Origin: an uncultured Gemmatimonadaceae bacterium
GTDB lineage: Bacteria > Gemmatimonadota > Gemmatimonadetes > Gemmatimonadales > Gemmatimonadaceae
DNA: 64,000 nt
Assembly: GCA_963761305.1 (NCBI GenBank)
Contig: CAVXGK010000001.1
Span: 512,001-576,000 of the forward strand
Direction of reading: 5' to 3'
Shown: positions 55,085 to 64,000 of the stretch, piece by piece
How positions within the stretch are numbered: the first letter of the stretch is position 1
Layout of the letters: every line of letters starts with the position of its first letter
Notes under the pieces: model-generated
What the model was told of the DNA's origin: nothing
The model's database searches: none
What the model saw: only the letters and a program-made list of their open reading frames with translations
Program-made: the position numbers and the translations under genes

Positions 55085-56841
55085 TCAGGGACTCAGCGCG
55101 GCGAGACGATCGGCGCCGGCCTTGGCGACGCGCTGCGCCGCCGCGTCGATGGACGCGTTCGTTTCCGGTGACGATCCGCCGACCTCGATGTCGGTCATCT
55201 TGTGGATCGAGGCGACGTAGTAGTCCGTCCACGTGCGCAGGATGTCTTCCTCCTTCGCCTGCGGACCGCCGGCGGCGATCGCCTGTTTGCTCAGCGCGAG
55301 CTCGGTGTCGAACCGGTGCACGGCGGCGCGCTCGATCTCGCCGACCAGGTCGCGCGTCGTCGCGCCGTCGGCCGACGTCAGCGTGAGCGCCGACATGAGT
55401 GCGGCGATTCCGACTGTTGACCAGCTCCTGTTGCGACACCTTGTCGAGCCGGTCGCCGTCCGTGTGGTAGTAGACATCCGTGAAGTGCCAGAACAGCGCG
55501 CCCGGCTTCTTGAAGTCGAGGAACGGTGTGTGGTCGCTGCCGCCCTCGAATGGATTCGTGCGCACGACCCATCCGGTGCCCGCGGCCTGATCGAGCGCAG
55601 CGCGCGAGGAGATAGTCGTTGAAGTAGTGCGGCACGAGGTCGGCCTTCGTGAGCGGACGGCCGCCCCACTCCGTGTGATGATCGTCGCCACGCGTCCAGA
55701 TCGCCGACGGGTCGGGCATCTTCTCGATGAGGAACGTGCCGCCGGTCTTCTTCGTGTCTTCGCCCGTCATGTCCAGGCTCAGACCCCACTTCACGCCCCG
55801 CGTGCGCACGGAATCGTCGGCGAGGAAATTGCGCGTCTGCGCGATCTCGAGGCCGAACAGCATCGTGATCGTTCGCTTCGGGCGAACGGCGTTCGTCCGC
55901 ACCAACTCGCCCAGCACGCGCGCCATCTCGCTCAGGTCGCCGACGCCGGTCGCGTTGTCGTTCGTGCCCGGCTCCTGCACATGCGCGCTTAGCACGAACC
56001 GCTCCGTCGGCGCCACGCTGCCGTGCACCTCGGCGACGATCGTCATCTCGTCGGACGGATAGCTCTTGACCGCGGTGCGGACGCGCACCATCGCGCCGCT
56101 CTTGGCGGCCGCGCGCAGTCGATCGACGGCGTCGCGCGACAGCAGGATCCCCCAGGCGCGGTGCGTCGTGTCGTAGGCGATGGAGCCGAATTGAATCGAC
56201 GTGCGGTGAATTTCAGGCTGCGTATACGCCGGCATTCGATACGCCAGCACGCCGAGCGCGCCGCGCTTCACGACGGCTTCGGTGTACACGCCGCCGACAG
56301 ACCCGTCGGCCAGCACGATCTTGCCGGCGACGGGCTGTCGAGCGTAGTCGGCGGCCGTCCCCGCGCCGACGTCGACCAGCGGCGCGACGACGCCGGTGTC
56401 CGCGGTCGAATACGAGTTGATCGCCAGCATGTTCCGGTTCGTCTCCAGGCGCAGCACGGGGGGCGATTGGCCGACGACCGTCACGCTCGCGTCGACCGGC
56501 TCCCACGCCGGCGTCCGCATGGCGCGGTGTTCGATGCGATACGTGAGCGGCGCACCGGCCGGCGCCGATTGCTCCTCGACGTACCCGGCGTTCTTTAGAA
56601 CTCCCTCAACGCGTTTCAGGCTGGCGTTGAAGCCGGTGTTGCCCGGCCAGCGGAAATACTGGTCCATGAACGCGACCTGGTCGTACGCGTTCTTGCCCGA
56701 GAAGAGCGGGCGGACGAGCTCGAAATAGTGCTTGACGGCGGGCGGCGTCTCCGGACGCTGCGCGATCGCGGGCGACGCCGCGGCCAGCGTTGTGGCGAGC
56801 GCGACCAACGTCGCGGCGGCGCGACGGGAAATCGTCATCAT
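55085..56841 (-). pseudogene. M28-family aminopeptidase (PA domain) broken by two single-base insertions; may be sequencing error
   Basis: SAHVQE..NDNATG, SLDMTG in one frame; GGSDH..YYHTDGD in a second; the C-terminus in a third. Removing one base at ~55596 and one at ~55415 restores a single ORF. Confidence 0.8.
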
Positions 56842-59800
56842 GGCTTGACCCCGACCTTGTCCAACAGCGCCTTCACCGCGGCGTCCAATTGCGAATCGCG
56901 CCCGGCGTAACTCTCCCCGACCGGCCGTTGCACCAGCACATCCACCGGCCGCGGGTGCAGCTCCATGTCCTTCCCGTTGGCGTCGGTGATACGCTCGAAG
57001 GGCACGCGGACGACGGACGACCCGTCGAGCAGACCGACGTTCGACGTGAAGACGATCCATCCCGCCGTCGGTTCGCCCACCACGGGACCGAGCTTGAGCG
57101 ACCGATACCCTTCCGTGAAGTCTTCGGCGTCGGACAACGAATGCATGTTCGTCACCAGCACGGTGGGGCGCTCGAGCGAGCGCTGGCCGACCACCGATCT
57201 CCCCGGCGCGGTTCCGAAATCGCGCGGTGTGAACTGCAGGTAGCCGCGCCGAGCGAGCACGTCGATCGCGTACGGATTCACGAAGCCGCCGTTGTTGCTG
57301 CGAATGTCGACGACGACGCCTTCCTTGCCGCGATTCTGCGTGTCGAGATCGAGGTAGAGTTGCTGCAGCGAGCCGGCGCCCATGTCCTGCATGTGCACGT
57401 AGCCCAGCTTGCCGCCGCTCACCTTGTCGACGTACGCGCGACGGCTCTCGACCCAGTCGCGGTACACGAGACCGCGCTCGGTGCCGACGCTGATCGGACG
57501 AATGGCGAGCGTGCGCGCGCCGGCGCCATCGGCGGTGCGCCCAACCGATACCTCGACGCGCCGGCTCGTCTTGTACATGAGCAGCGAGTCGAGATTGACG
57601 TGGCCGTCAATGCGCGCGCCATCGACCGCGAGGACGTAGTCCCCGGGTTTGATGCCGGCGAGCGCCGCGGGGCTCAGGTCGAGCACCTCCTCGACCTTGA
57701 GCCTGCCCTGCTGTTCGTATTCAGCGCGATCGAAGCGAACCCCTAGCCGGCCGACGTTGGGCTGCGGCGAAAAGCTCGGACCGTTGAAGCCCGAGTGCGA
57801 CGAATTCAGCTCGCCGATCATGAGCTTCATCAGACGGCGCAGCTCTTCGGTCGTCTGCGCGCCGGCGACGTACGGCTCGTACTGGCGCTCGAGCGCCGGC
57901 CAGTCGGCGCCGTTCATGTGCGCGTCGAAGAAGTTGTCGGCGAGGATGCCCCACGCCTGGTGAAACACGGCCAACTTCTCGCGCGCGAAATCGACATCCA
58001 CCTCGGCCGTCACGTTGATCGGCCGGGCGACGCGCGACTCGACGTTGATCGCGGTGATGCGGCCGTTCTGGAGGAAGTAGACCTCGCGGCCGTCGGGACT
58101 GAACTGCGCGTCCTGCTTTCCACCCGGCGTCGACGTGAGTTGCCGGGCAATGGGCGGCTCGGACGAAAGCTCGTCGAGCGGGAACGTGTAGAGGTTCGAC
58201 TGCCCCGCGGCGGCGGCGTTGAAGAGCGCCGTCTTGCCGTCCGGGCTGATGACCACGCTGCGGACGTCGACGCCGACGGGAAGAAAGCTGACGCGACGGC
58301 GGATGTCGTCGAACACGATTTCCGTTCCCTTCTTCGTCGCGGACCGCGCCGAGTCGGCGCGGACGGTCGCCGTGTCGCGCTGGGGCGGCAGTTGTTGCGG
58401 CGCGGGCTGCATCGGCGTGCCGGGGCGCGTCGGCGTCGGCGTGAACAGCTCGCGGAACTGGTCCTCGCGGAACCGCGGCGTGCGAGGGACCAAGTCGACA
58501 CGCGCGACGAGCGCCTGTTCCGTCCGCTGCGACGTGTCGAACAACAGGTACGTCCCGTCCGGGCTCCAAGCCAGCGAATTCCCGAACGCGTCCGGAATGT
58601 AGGCGACCGGCTTTCCGCCGACGCCGTTCGCGGAAACGATATAAGGATTCTGGAATTGACTGGCGTCGGTGTTCAGGTAGGCGATCCACTGGCCGTCGGG
58701 CGACCAGACCAGCGCGCGTTCGGTGAGGAACGGCGGACGATCGAGTTGGCCGGTGGCGACGACGCGCTCCTGTTTCGTCGCCACGTCGGCGACGCGCAGT
58801 TCTTTCGCCGCACGCGCGAAGGCGATCGATTTGCCGTCCGGCGACCACGTCGGGCCGACGTCGCTGGCCCGTCCGTCGGTTAGTTTCGTTTCGGTGCGCG
58901 TGCTGAAATCGTAGACGAAGATGTGAGCGGGCCCGTCGCGGCTCGAGACGTACGCGAGGCGGTGGTTGTCCGGCGCCCAGGCAAGCTGCGCCTCGGCTTC
59001 CGGCGTGTCCGTCACGCGCATCGCGTCGCCGCCGTCGCGCGCCGACACCGCGAACACATCGCCGTGGGCGACGAACGCGAGCTTCTTGCCGTCGGGCGAG
59101 AGCACCAGCGACTGGAAGCCCTGCGACAGCGACTGGTGCTCCACACCGGGCGTCGCCGCGGCGCCGCGCAGCGTAATCGGCACGTGCGTCGAGCGACCGC
59201 TGGCGACGTCGAGCGACCACACGCCCAGATCGCGCTCGAAGACGATCGTCTTGCCGTCGTATGAGATCGTCGGCCAGAGGAGCCGGCCGTTCGTGAACGA
59301 CGTGACGGCTTTCGGCGCGCCGCCGCTCGGCGTCGTGGTCCAGATGTTCTCGGCGCCGCTCTTGTCGGAGACGTAGAAGAGCGACTTGGCGTCGCCGCTC
59401 CACATCGGCCAGGCGTCCTTGGCGTCGTCCTTCGTCACCGCTTCGTAGCGCGGCGACTCGCCGCCGAAATGCAGCAGCCAGATCTGGCTCTCGTCGATGT
59501 GCGCGTGACCCTTCCGCCACCACTGGTCTTCGGTGAGGCCCGTCGCCGTGAAGGCGATCGTGTTCGGATCCGCCGGCGAGGGCGCCGCCCAGTATTCCTG
59601 CGTGAAGCGATCGGCGCTCACCGCGAGCGGAGTTCCGCCGCTCGAGCTCACGCGGAAGATGTCGTCCATCCCGTTCACGTCCTGGCTGCCCGACGAGAAG
59701 TAGATCCACTTCCCGTCGCGAGACCACGCGTCCAACTGCTCGGGCACGTCGTCGAACGTGATGCGATCCAACCGCCCGCTGGCGAGCGTCATGACGTAGA

Positions 59801-60113
59801 TGTCGCCGTTGCCCGTGCGCGTCGACATGAACGCCAGCTTCGTTCCGTCGGGCGAGTAGAGCGGCCGCGAATCGTACGCGGGGTGCGACACGAGCAGCCG
59901 CGCCTCGCCGCCGGCGACTGGCACCGTCCAGATGTCACCGCCGGATACGAACGCGATCTCGCGTCCGTCGGGCGACAGCGACGGCTCGGACATCGCCGCT
60001 TTCGGTACGACCGGCGCCGCGCGTTCGGACGGTGAGTGTGCGGAGGGGAACGCCGCGAGTAGAACTCCGGCGCTCAACAGCGCGTGCATCGACGCAGACA
60101 GAGAGGAGGCCAT
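56838..60113 (-). CDS. Tricorn-like protease (S41B; PD40 propellers + PDZ)
   Basis: Many (W/F)SPDG repeats, GELNSSH, LGYVHM, DIRSNNGG, SLSDAEDFT, VVGEPTAG, DSQLDAAV. Confidence 0.92.
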   Translation of the reverse strand: MASSLSASMHALLSAGVLLAAFPSAHSPSERAAPVVPKAAMSEPSLSPDGREIAFVSGGDIWTVPVAGGEARLLVSHPAYDSRPLYSPDGTKLAFMSTRTGNGDIYVMTLASGRLDRITFDDVPEQLDAWSRDGKWIYFSSGSQDVNGMDDIFRVSSSGGTPLAVSADRFTQEYWAAPSPADPNTIAFTATGLTEDQWWRKGHAHIDESQIWLLHFGGESPRYEAVTKDDAKDAWPMWSGDAKSLFYVSDKSGAENIWTTTPSGGAPKAVTSFTNGRLLWPTISYDGKTIVFERDLGVWSLDVASGRSTHVPITLRGAAATPGVEHQSLSQGFQSLVLSPDGKKLAFVAHGDVFAVSARDGGDAMRVTDTPEAEAQLAWAPDNHRLAYVSSRDGPAHIFVYDFSTRTETKLTDGRASDVGPTWSPDGKSIAFARAAKELRVADVATKQERVVATGQLDRPPFLTERALVWSPDGQWIAYLNTDASQFQNPYIVSANGVGGKPVAYIPDAFGNSLAWSPDGTYLLFDTSQRTEQALVARVDLVPRTPRFREDQFRELFTPTPTRPGTPMQPAPQQLPPQRDTATVRADSARSATKKGTEIVFDDIRRRVSFLPVGVDVRSVVISPDGKTALFNAAAAGQSNLYTFPLDELSSEPPIARQLTSTPGGKQDAQFSPDGREVYFLQNGRITAINVESRVARPINVTAEVDVDFAREKLAVFHQAWGILADNFFDAHMNGADWPALERQYEPYVAGAQTTEELRRLMKLMIGELNSSHSGFNGPSFSPQPNVGRLGVRFDRAEYEQQGRLKVEEVLDLSPAALAGIKPGDYVLAVDGARIDGHVNLDSLLMYKTSRRVEVSVGRTADGAGARTLAIRPISVGTERGLVYRDWVESRRAYVDKVSGGKLGYVHMQDMGAGSLQQLYLDLDTQNRGKEGVVVDIRSNNGGFVNPYAIDVLARRGYLQFTPRDFGTAPGRSVVGQRSLERPTVLVTNMHSLSDAEDFTEGYRSLKLGPVVGEPTAGWIVFTSNVGLLDGSSVVRVPFERITDANGKDMELHPRPVDVLVQRPVGESYAGRDSQLDAAVKALLDKVGVKP

Positions 60114-60206
60114 CGCACGAGCTCTGTAAGGGGGGATAGGATGGTGCCTCCAACTTACTGCTCGTTACGGCGGCGCGCGGAAGGGCGGGGCTAGTTTTCT
60201 GTTCGC

Positions 60207-61217
60207 ATGTTGCAGCGAATCGACCCGCTCCGCCCCGACGAAGCGATCATCGCGCGCGCGGCGGAGATTCTTCGCCGCGGCGGTCTGGTCGCCTTTCCGA
60301 CGGAGACCGTCTACGGCCTCGGCGCCAACGCCCTCGACCCCGCGGCCGTCGAGCGGATCTACGCGGCCAAGGGACGGCCGGCGTACAACCCGCTGATCGT
60401 CCACGTCGCCGACGCCACGGATGTGTTCGAGGTGGCGCGCGAGTGGCCCGACAAGGCGGCACGGTTGGCCCGCGCGTTCTGGCCTGGGCCGCTGACGCTC
60501 GTCGTGCCCAAGCGCGCCGAGGTGCCGCCTGGCGTTACAGCGGGACTCGACACCGTTGCCGTTCGCGTTCCGTCGCACCCGGTCGCGCGCGCGCTGCTCG
60601 CCGCCGCTCGCCTTCCCATCGCCGCGCCGAGCGCGAATCGCTCGATGGAAGTCTCGCCCACGACCGGATCGCACGTCGAGAAGTCGCTCGGCGCGGCCGT
60701 CGATCTGATTCTCGACGCGGGCCCGACTCAGGTTGGAATCGAATCGACGGTCGTCGACGTCAGCGTCGACCCGCCCGTCGTGCTCCGCCCTGGAATGATC
60801 GCGCGCGAGGACGTGGCTCGCGTCGTCGGCGCGCTGAGCGACTCGCAACGAGCCGATGGGAACGAAGCCCGCCGGTCGCCCGGCATGCTCGATCGTCACT
60901 ACGCGCCGCAAGCGGCACTGCTGCTGGTCGACGCCGGGCGCGCTCGCGACGTGTTCGAACAGATGCACCTCGCGGGAAAGCGAACAGGCGCCATTCTCCG
61001 CGGCTCGACCATTCAATCGGCTCGGCGAGATCTGATCGTGGAATTGCCCGACGATTCAGCCCGCTTCGCCGCCGGTCTCTACGCCGCGCTCCATCGGCTC
61101 GACGACGCAGGGGCGGAGGTCATCATCGTCGAACGCCCACCAGATCGACCGGAATGGCGCGCGGTGCTCGACCGGCTCGAGCGCGCGGCTCAGAAGGAGC
61201 GCCCGCGCGATGCATGA
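60207..61217 (+). CDS. sua5: L-threonylcarbamoyladenylate synthase (Sua5-type, with SUA5 domain)
   Basis: VAFPTETVYGLGA, KGRPAYNPLIVH, FWPGPLT, APSAN, GIESTVVD, SPGMLDRHYAP. Confidence 0.96.
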   Translation: MLQRIDPLRPDEAIIARAAEILRRGGLVAFPTETVYGLGANALDPAAVERIYAAKGRPAYNPLIVHVADATDVFEVAREWPDKAARLARAFWPGPLTLVVPKRAEVPPGVTAGLDTVAVRVPSHPVARALLAAARLPIAAPSANRSMEVSPTTGSHVEKSLGAAVDLILDAGPTQVGIESTVVDVSVDPPVVLRPGMIAREDVARVVGALSDSQRADGNEARRSPGMLDRHYAPQAALLLVDAGRARDVFEQMHLAGKRTGAILRGSTIQSARRDLIVELPDDSARFAAGLYAALHRLDDAGAEVIIVERPPDRPEWRAVLDRLERAAQKERPRDA

Positions 61218-61239
61218 GGTCGGTCGCAACCCGGCTCGA

Positions 61240-61461
61240 TTATGACTTGTGGCGGAAGATGATTCGGCCGCGCGTCAGATCGTACGGCGAGACTTCGATC
61301 GTGACGCGATCACCCTGCAAGACGCGAATGCGAAACCGGCGCATGTTGCCGCCGAGTGTGGCCAGCACGTTGTGACCGTTGGTCAACTCAACACGGAACG
61401 TCGCGTTCGGTAGGACCTCCGTGACCTGCCCTTCGAGCTGTATCGGCTCTTCCTTGGCCAT
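61240..61461 (-). CDS. infA: Translation initiation factor IF-1
   Basis: [31 protein letters not shown]. Confidence 0.98.
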   Translation of the reverse strand: MAKEEPIQLEGQVTEVLPNATFRVELTNGHNVLATLGGNMRRFRIRVLQGDRVTIEVSPYDLTRGRIIFRHKS

Positions 61462-61537
61462 GAAACCTCGACGATGTGGGGCGCCGCGGACGGCCTGAAT
61501 TATAGGGGGGTCCGAGTCACCCTGTAAGACGAGGCCG

Positions 61538-62020
61538 TCACGGCTTTTTCTTCGTCTTGTCGACGTTGTTGCCGATCACGGCGCCGACGATCCCACCGAC
61601 GGCCGCGCCCATCAGTCCGCCCTTGACCTTGTTGCGACTGGCGACCGCGCCGATCACCGCACCCGTCGCGGCACCGATGGCCGCGTCGCGCTGTGTGTGC
61701 TTCTCGACCGGCTCGCCGGGGCGAGGCGCCGTCGCCCTCGTGCTCACTTCGCCCGCCGCGGTCGCGCTCGACGCGCTGGACGGATGCGACGCATACGGAC
61801 GCGGATCGTCATCCGCCCGGTACACGTGCTTCGGGCGCGATGCGACGCGCTGGCTCTCGACGGCGGAGACGCTGTCGAGCGAATCGCGCTGATGTGCGGC
61901 GAGCGAAAGATCTCGCACGAGCGACGAATCCGCCGACGCGCTTCGGCCGCCCCCGCAAGCGACGGCGGCGATCGACAGCACGAGTGCTGACATCGTCAGT
62001 ATCGGGGTCATGCGTTTCAT
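61538..62020 (-). CDS. Glycine-zipper lipoprotein
   Basis: AAGGAG before ATG 62020; lipobox [37 protein letters not shown]. Confidence 0.85.
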   Translation of the reverse strand: MKRMTPILTMSALVLSIAAVACGGGRSASADSSLVRDLSLAAHQRDSLDSVSAVESQRVASRPKHVYRADDDPRPYASHPSSASSATAAGEVSTRATAPRPGEPVEKHTQRDAAIGAATGAVIGAVASRNKVKGGLMGAAVGGIVGAVIGNNVDKTKKKP

Positions 62021-62057
62021 GGCATTCTCCTTTCTTAGTGCACTCGCGTCTGCTAAA

Positions 62058-62074
62058 GGCAGGGCATGTGCCAA
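62058..62074 (-). promoter_or_regulatory. Sigma-54 promoter of the glycine-zipper gene
   Basis: Minus strand TTGGCACATGCCCTGCC: consensus TGGCAC -24 box with GG-N10-GC spacing. Confidence 0.65.
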
Positions 62075-62148
62075 TCAGGCGATCTCGGCGGAGGGCGAGC
62101 GTGACGCCGATCACCCGCATTCCAGACGCGCCGATTAGGTTTGGACGC

Positions 62149-62231
62149 TGACCGGGGTGCCTGCCCACCAAGGGCGCAGGCTGAGAGAGACCCGTAGAAC
62201 CTGATCCGGTTCGTACCGGCGTAGGGAGTCA
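62149..62231 (+). promoter_or_regulatory. TPP (thiamine pyrophosphate) riboswitch
   Basis: GGGGTGC...CTGAGA...ACCCGTAGAACCTGATCCGGTTCGTACCGGCGTAGGGA, the canonical THI-box core. Confidence 0.95.
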
Positions 62232-62234
62232 CTG

Positions 62235-64000
62235 ATGATCATGCATGCTCGCGCGACGCATCGGCGTCGCCTCGGGGCGGCCGCACTGGCGCTCACCGTT
62301 CTGTTCGTCCCCAGCCTGCTCGTGTCACAGGCGACGTCTCAGTCCGACACGACGCGTCGCGATTCGACGCGCGTCCGACATCTCGAGCGCATCATGATCT
62401 CCGCGCTGCGAGGCACCGGCGCCGCGCTGATCTCGCAGAAGACGCTCACCGCCAGCGATCTCGCGCCGCGCTACTTCGGGCAGGACGTGCCGCTCTTGCT
62501 CCAGGGCGCGGCGCCGTCGCTCACGTCGTACGCCGAGACGGGGAACTACTGGGGCTACAGTTACATCAGGCTGCGGGGCATCGATCAGTCGCGCATCAAC
62601 CTCTCGATCGACGGCATTCCGCTGAATGATCCCGAGGATCAAGTCCTCTACTTCGCCGACTTTCCGGATTTGGCGAACAGCCTCGGGTCCGTGCAGGTGC
62701 AGCGAGGCGTGGGGACGAGCAGCAACGGCACGGCGGCGTACGCGGGGTCGATCAACATGGAGACGCTTCCGCTCTCCGGCGGCCAACGCTCGACCGATTT
62801 TCAGCTGGAAGGCGGATCGTTCGGCTCGCGGCGTGGGAGCTTCGACTATCGCAGCGGACTCACGTCCGACCGGCTCGCGATCGACGTCCGTCTCTCCGAT
62901 CTCCACACGGACGGGTATCGCTATCACTCGGGCGTCGACGGGAAATCCGCTTTCCTGAGCGCCGGCTACTTCGGCGATCGCAACATCCTGAAATTCACGG
63001 CGACGACCGGCACGATGAAGGACACGATGGCGTACCTCGCCGTGCCCGTCACCGAGCTCGATACCAACCGCCGCATCAATCCGTTGACGCCGCAGGAGCG
63101 CGACGGATTCACCGAGCGAATCGCCGCGATGTCGTACACGAGGCTCATCAACGGTTCCTCATCATGGTCGACGACCGCGTACCGGATTTCCGCGGACGGC
63201 GACTACGACGTGCAGCTCGACCCGCTCACGCAGTTCAACCTCGACTTCGTCTGGTACGGCGTGACGAGCGATTGGAGCGTGCGGCGCAACGGCCTGAGCC
63301 TGGACGTCGGCGCGAACGCGAACACGTACGCGCGCGATCATTTCGCGTTCCAGCATCCGGACCTCACGAACCCGATCTACTTCAACACCGGCCACAAGGG
63401 CGACGTGAGCGGCTTCACCAAGCTCGCGTACACGGCCGGAGCGACGACGTTCTTCGGCGATCTTCAGGCGCGGCACGCCGAGTTTCGCTATCTGCCGGAT
63501 GCGCACGCCGACATCGCGCCCGAATCGATCGCGTGGACGTTCGTGAATCCCAAGATCGGCGTCACGCGCGTCGTCAACCGCGCGACGTCGCTCTACGTGT
63601 CGTACGGCGCCAACACGCGTGAACCGGCGCGCAACGACATGCTCGGCGGATTCGACAACCTCGACACGTCGAACGTGGCGTTCGTCGGCGATCTCCATCG
63701 AGTGAAGCCGGAGACGGTGCATGACCTCGAGCTGGGCACGACGTACCGCACACGCAACGTCGAAGCCCAAGCCGACCTCTACTCGATGACGTTCCGCAAC
63801 GAGATCGCGCCGATCGGGCAGCTCAGCTACCTCGGGAATCCGCTGCGCGAGAACGTCGCGTCGAGCTACCGGCGCGGCATCGAGGGCGACATCACGTATC
63901 GCGGCATTCCTCGCTGGCTGCTGACGGCGAACGCCACCGCGAGCATGAACCAGATCCGCGACTACACCGATTCGACGGGCGACGTCCCCGTGACGTACCA
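62235..64000 (+). CDS. TonB-dependent receptor, probably for thiamine (partial; runs off the right edge)
   Basis: Plug motifs GQDVPLLL, GYSYIRLRG.DQSRIN..IDGIPLNDPE, QVQRGVGTSSNG; same reading frame at both ends; directly under the TPP riboswitch. Missing from the ORF track because it has no stop in the window. Confidence 0.92.
   Translation, partial: MIMHARATHRRRLGAAALALTVLFVPSLLVSQATSQSDTTRRDSTRVRHLERIMISALRGTGAALISQKTLTASDLAPRYFGQDVPLLLQGAAPSLTSYAETGNYWGYSYIRLRGIDQSRINLSIDGIPLNDPEDQVLYFADFPDLANSLGSVQVQRGVGTSSNGTAAYAGSINMETLPLSGGQRSTDFQLEGGSFGSRRGSFDYRSGLTSDRLAIDVRLSDLHTDGYRYHSGVDGKSAFLSAGYFGDRNILKFTATTGTMKDTMAYLAVPVTELDTNRRINPLTPQERDGFTERIAAMSYTRLINGSSSWSTTAYRISADGDYDVQLDPLTQFNLDFVWYGVTSDWSVRRNGLSLDVGANANTYARDHFAFQHPDLTNPIYFNTGHKGDVSGFTKLAYTAGATTFFGDLQARHAEFRYLPDAHADIAPESIAWTFVNPKIGVTRVVNRATSLYVSYGANTREPARNDMLGGFDNLDTSNVAFVGDLHRVKPETVHDLELGTTYRTRNVEAQADLYSMTFRNEIAPIGQLSYLGNPLRENVASSYRRGIEGDITYRGIPRWLLTANATASMNQIRDYTDSTGDVPVTY

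Noticed and set aside
55400..55610. Programmed frameshifting in the M28 gene
   Set aside because: No slippery sequence or homopolymer at either site, and two successive shifts would be needed.
1..64000. Prophage, IS, integron, DGR/retron, defence system, tRNA or rRNA genes
   Set aside because: No integrase, transposase, reverse transcriptase, nuclease or structural RNA signature was recognised by eye; short or divergent RNAs could be missed without a covariance search.

Overview
GC-rich bacterial chromosomal window. Gene content and style (SusC/SusD pair, carboxypeptidase-regulatory-domain proteins, PD40-BamA-like protein) suggest Gemmatimonadota; this is an inference. No rRNA, tRNA, CRISPR array, transposase, integrase or phage genes were seen. 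From left to right: (1) a split-DUF4331 / TPR / HupE-UreJ / small exported protein operon; (2) two secreted proteins; (3) topA, a truncated smg, aroK and aroC; (4) a ~19 kb type IVa pilus locus on the minus strand (pilS-pilR, a GT-C / GT2 / TMTC-like glycosylation cassette, pilA, a lipoprotein, three minor pilins, pilMNOPQ and an 854-aa unknown lipoprotein); (5) arfB, susC-susD and a gluzincin-PD40-beta-barrel gene, bracketed by two copies of an octamer-plus-hairpin repeat element; (6) Spy-like, RidA and PLP fold-III genes, and TetR-TolC-EmrA with no inner-membrane pump; (7) hydrolases, hslR and a CtpA-like protease; (8) a His/Met-rich exported protein with an LVIVD-like lipoprotein, and a MATE pump; (9) tricorn protease, a frameshifted M28 peptidase, pnuC and a NadR-like kinase; (10) sua5, infA, a glycine-zipper lipoprotein, and a TPP riboswitch ahead of a TonB-dependent receptor that runs off the end. 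Best candidate for an undescribed system: a TMTC-like pilin/adhesin O-glycosylation cassette embedded between pilSR and a Ser/Thr-rich pilA, with a shared candidate PilR enhancer motif. Also notable: the dispersed repeat elements and pervasive TANNNT-N6/7-start (leaderless) gene starts. All family calls are from motif recognition by eye; no searches were run.
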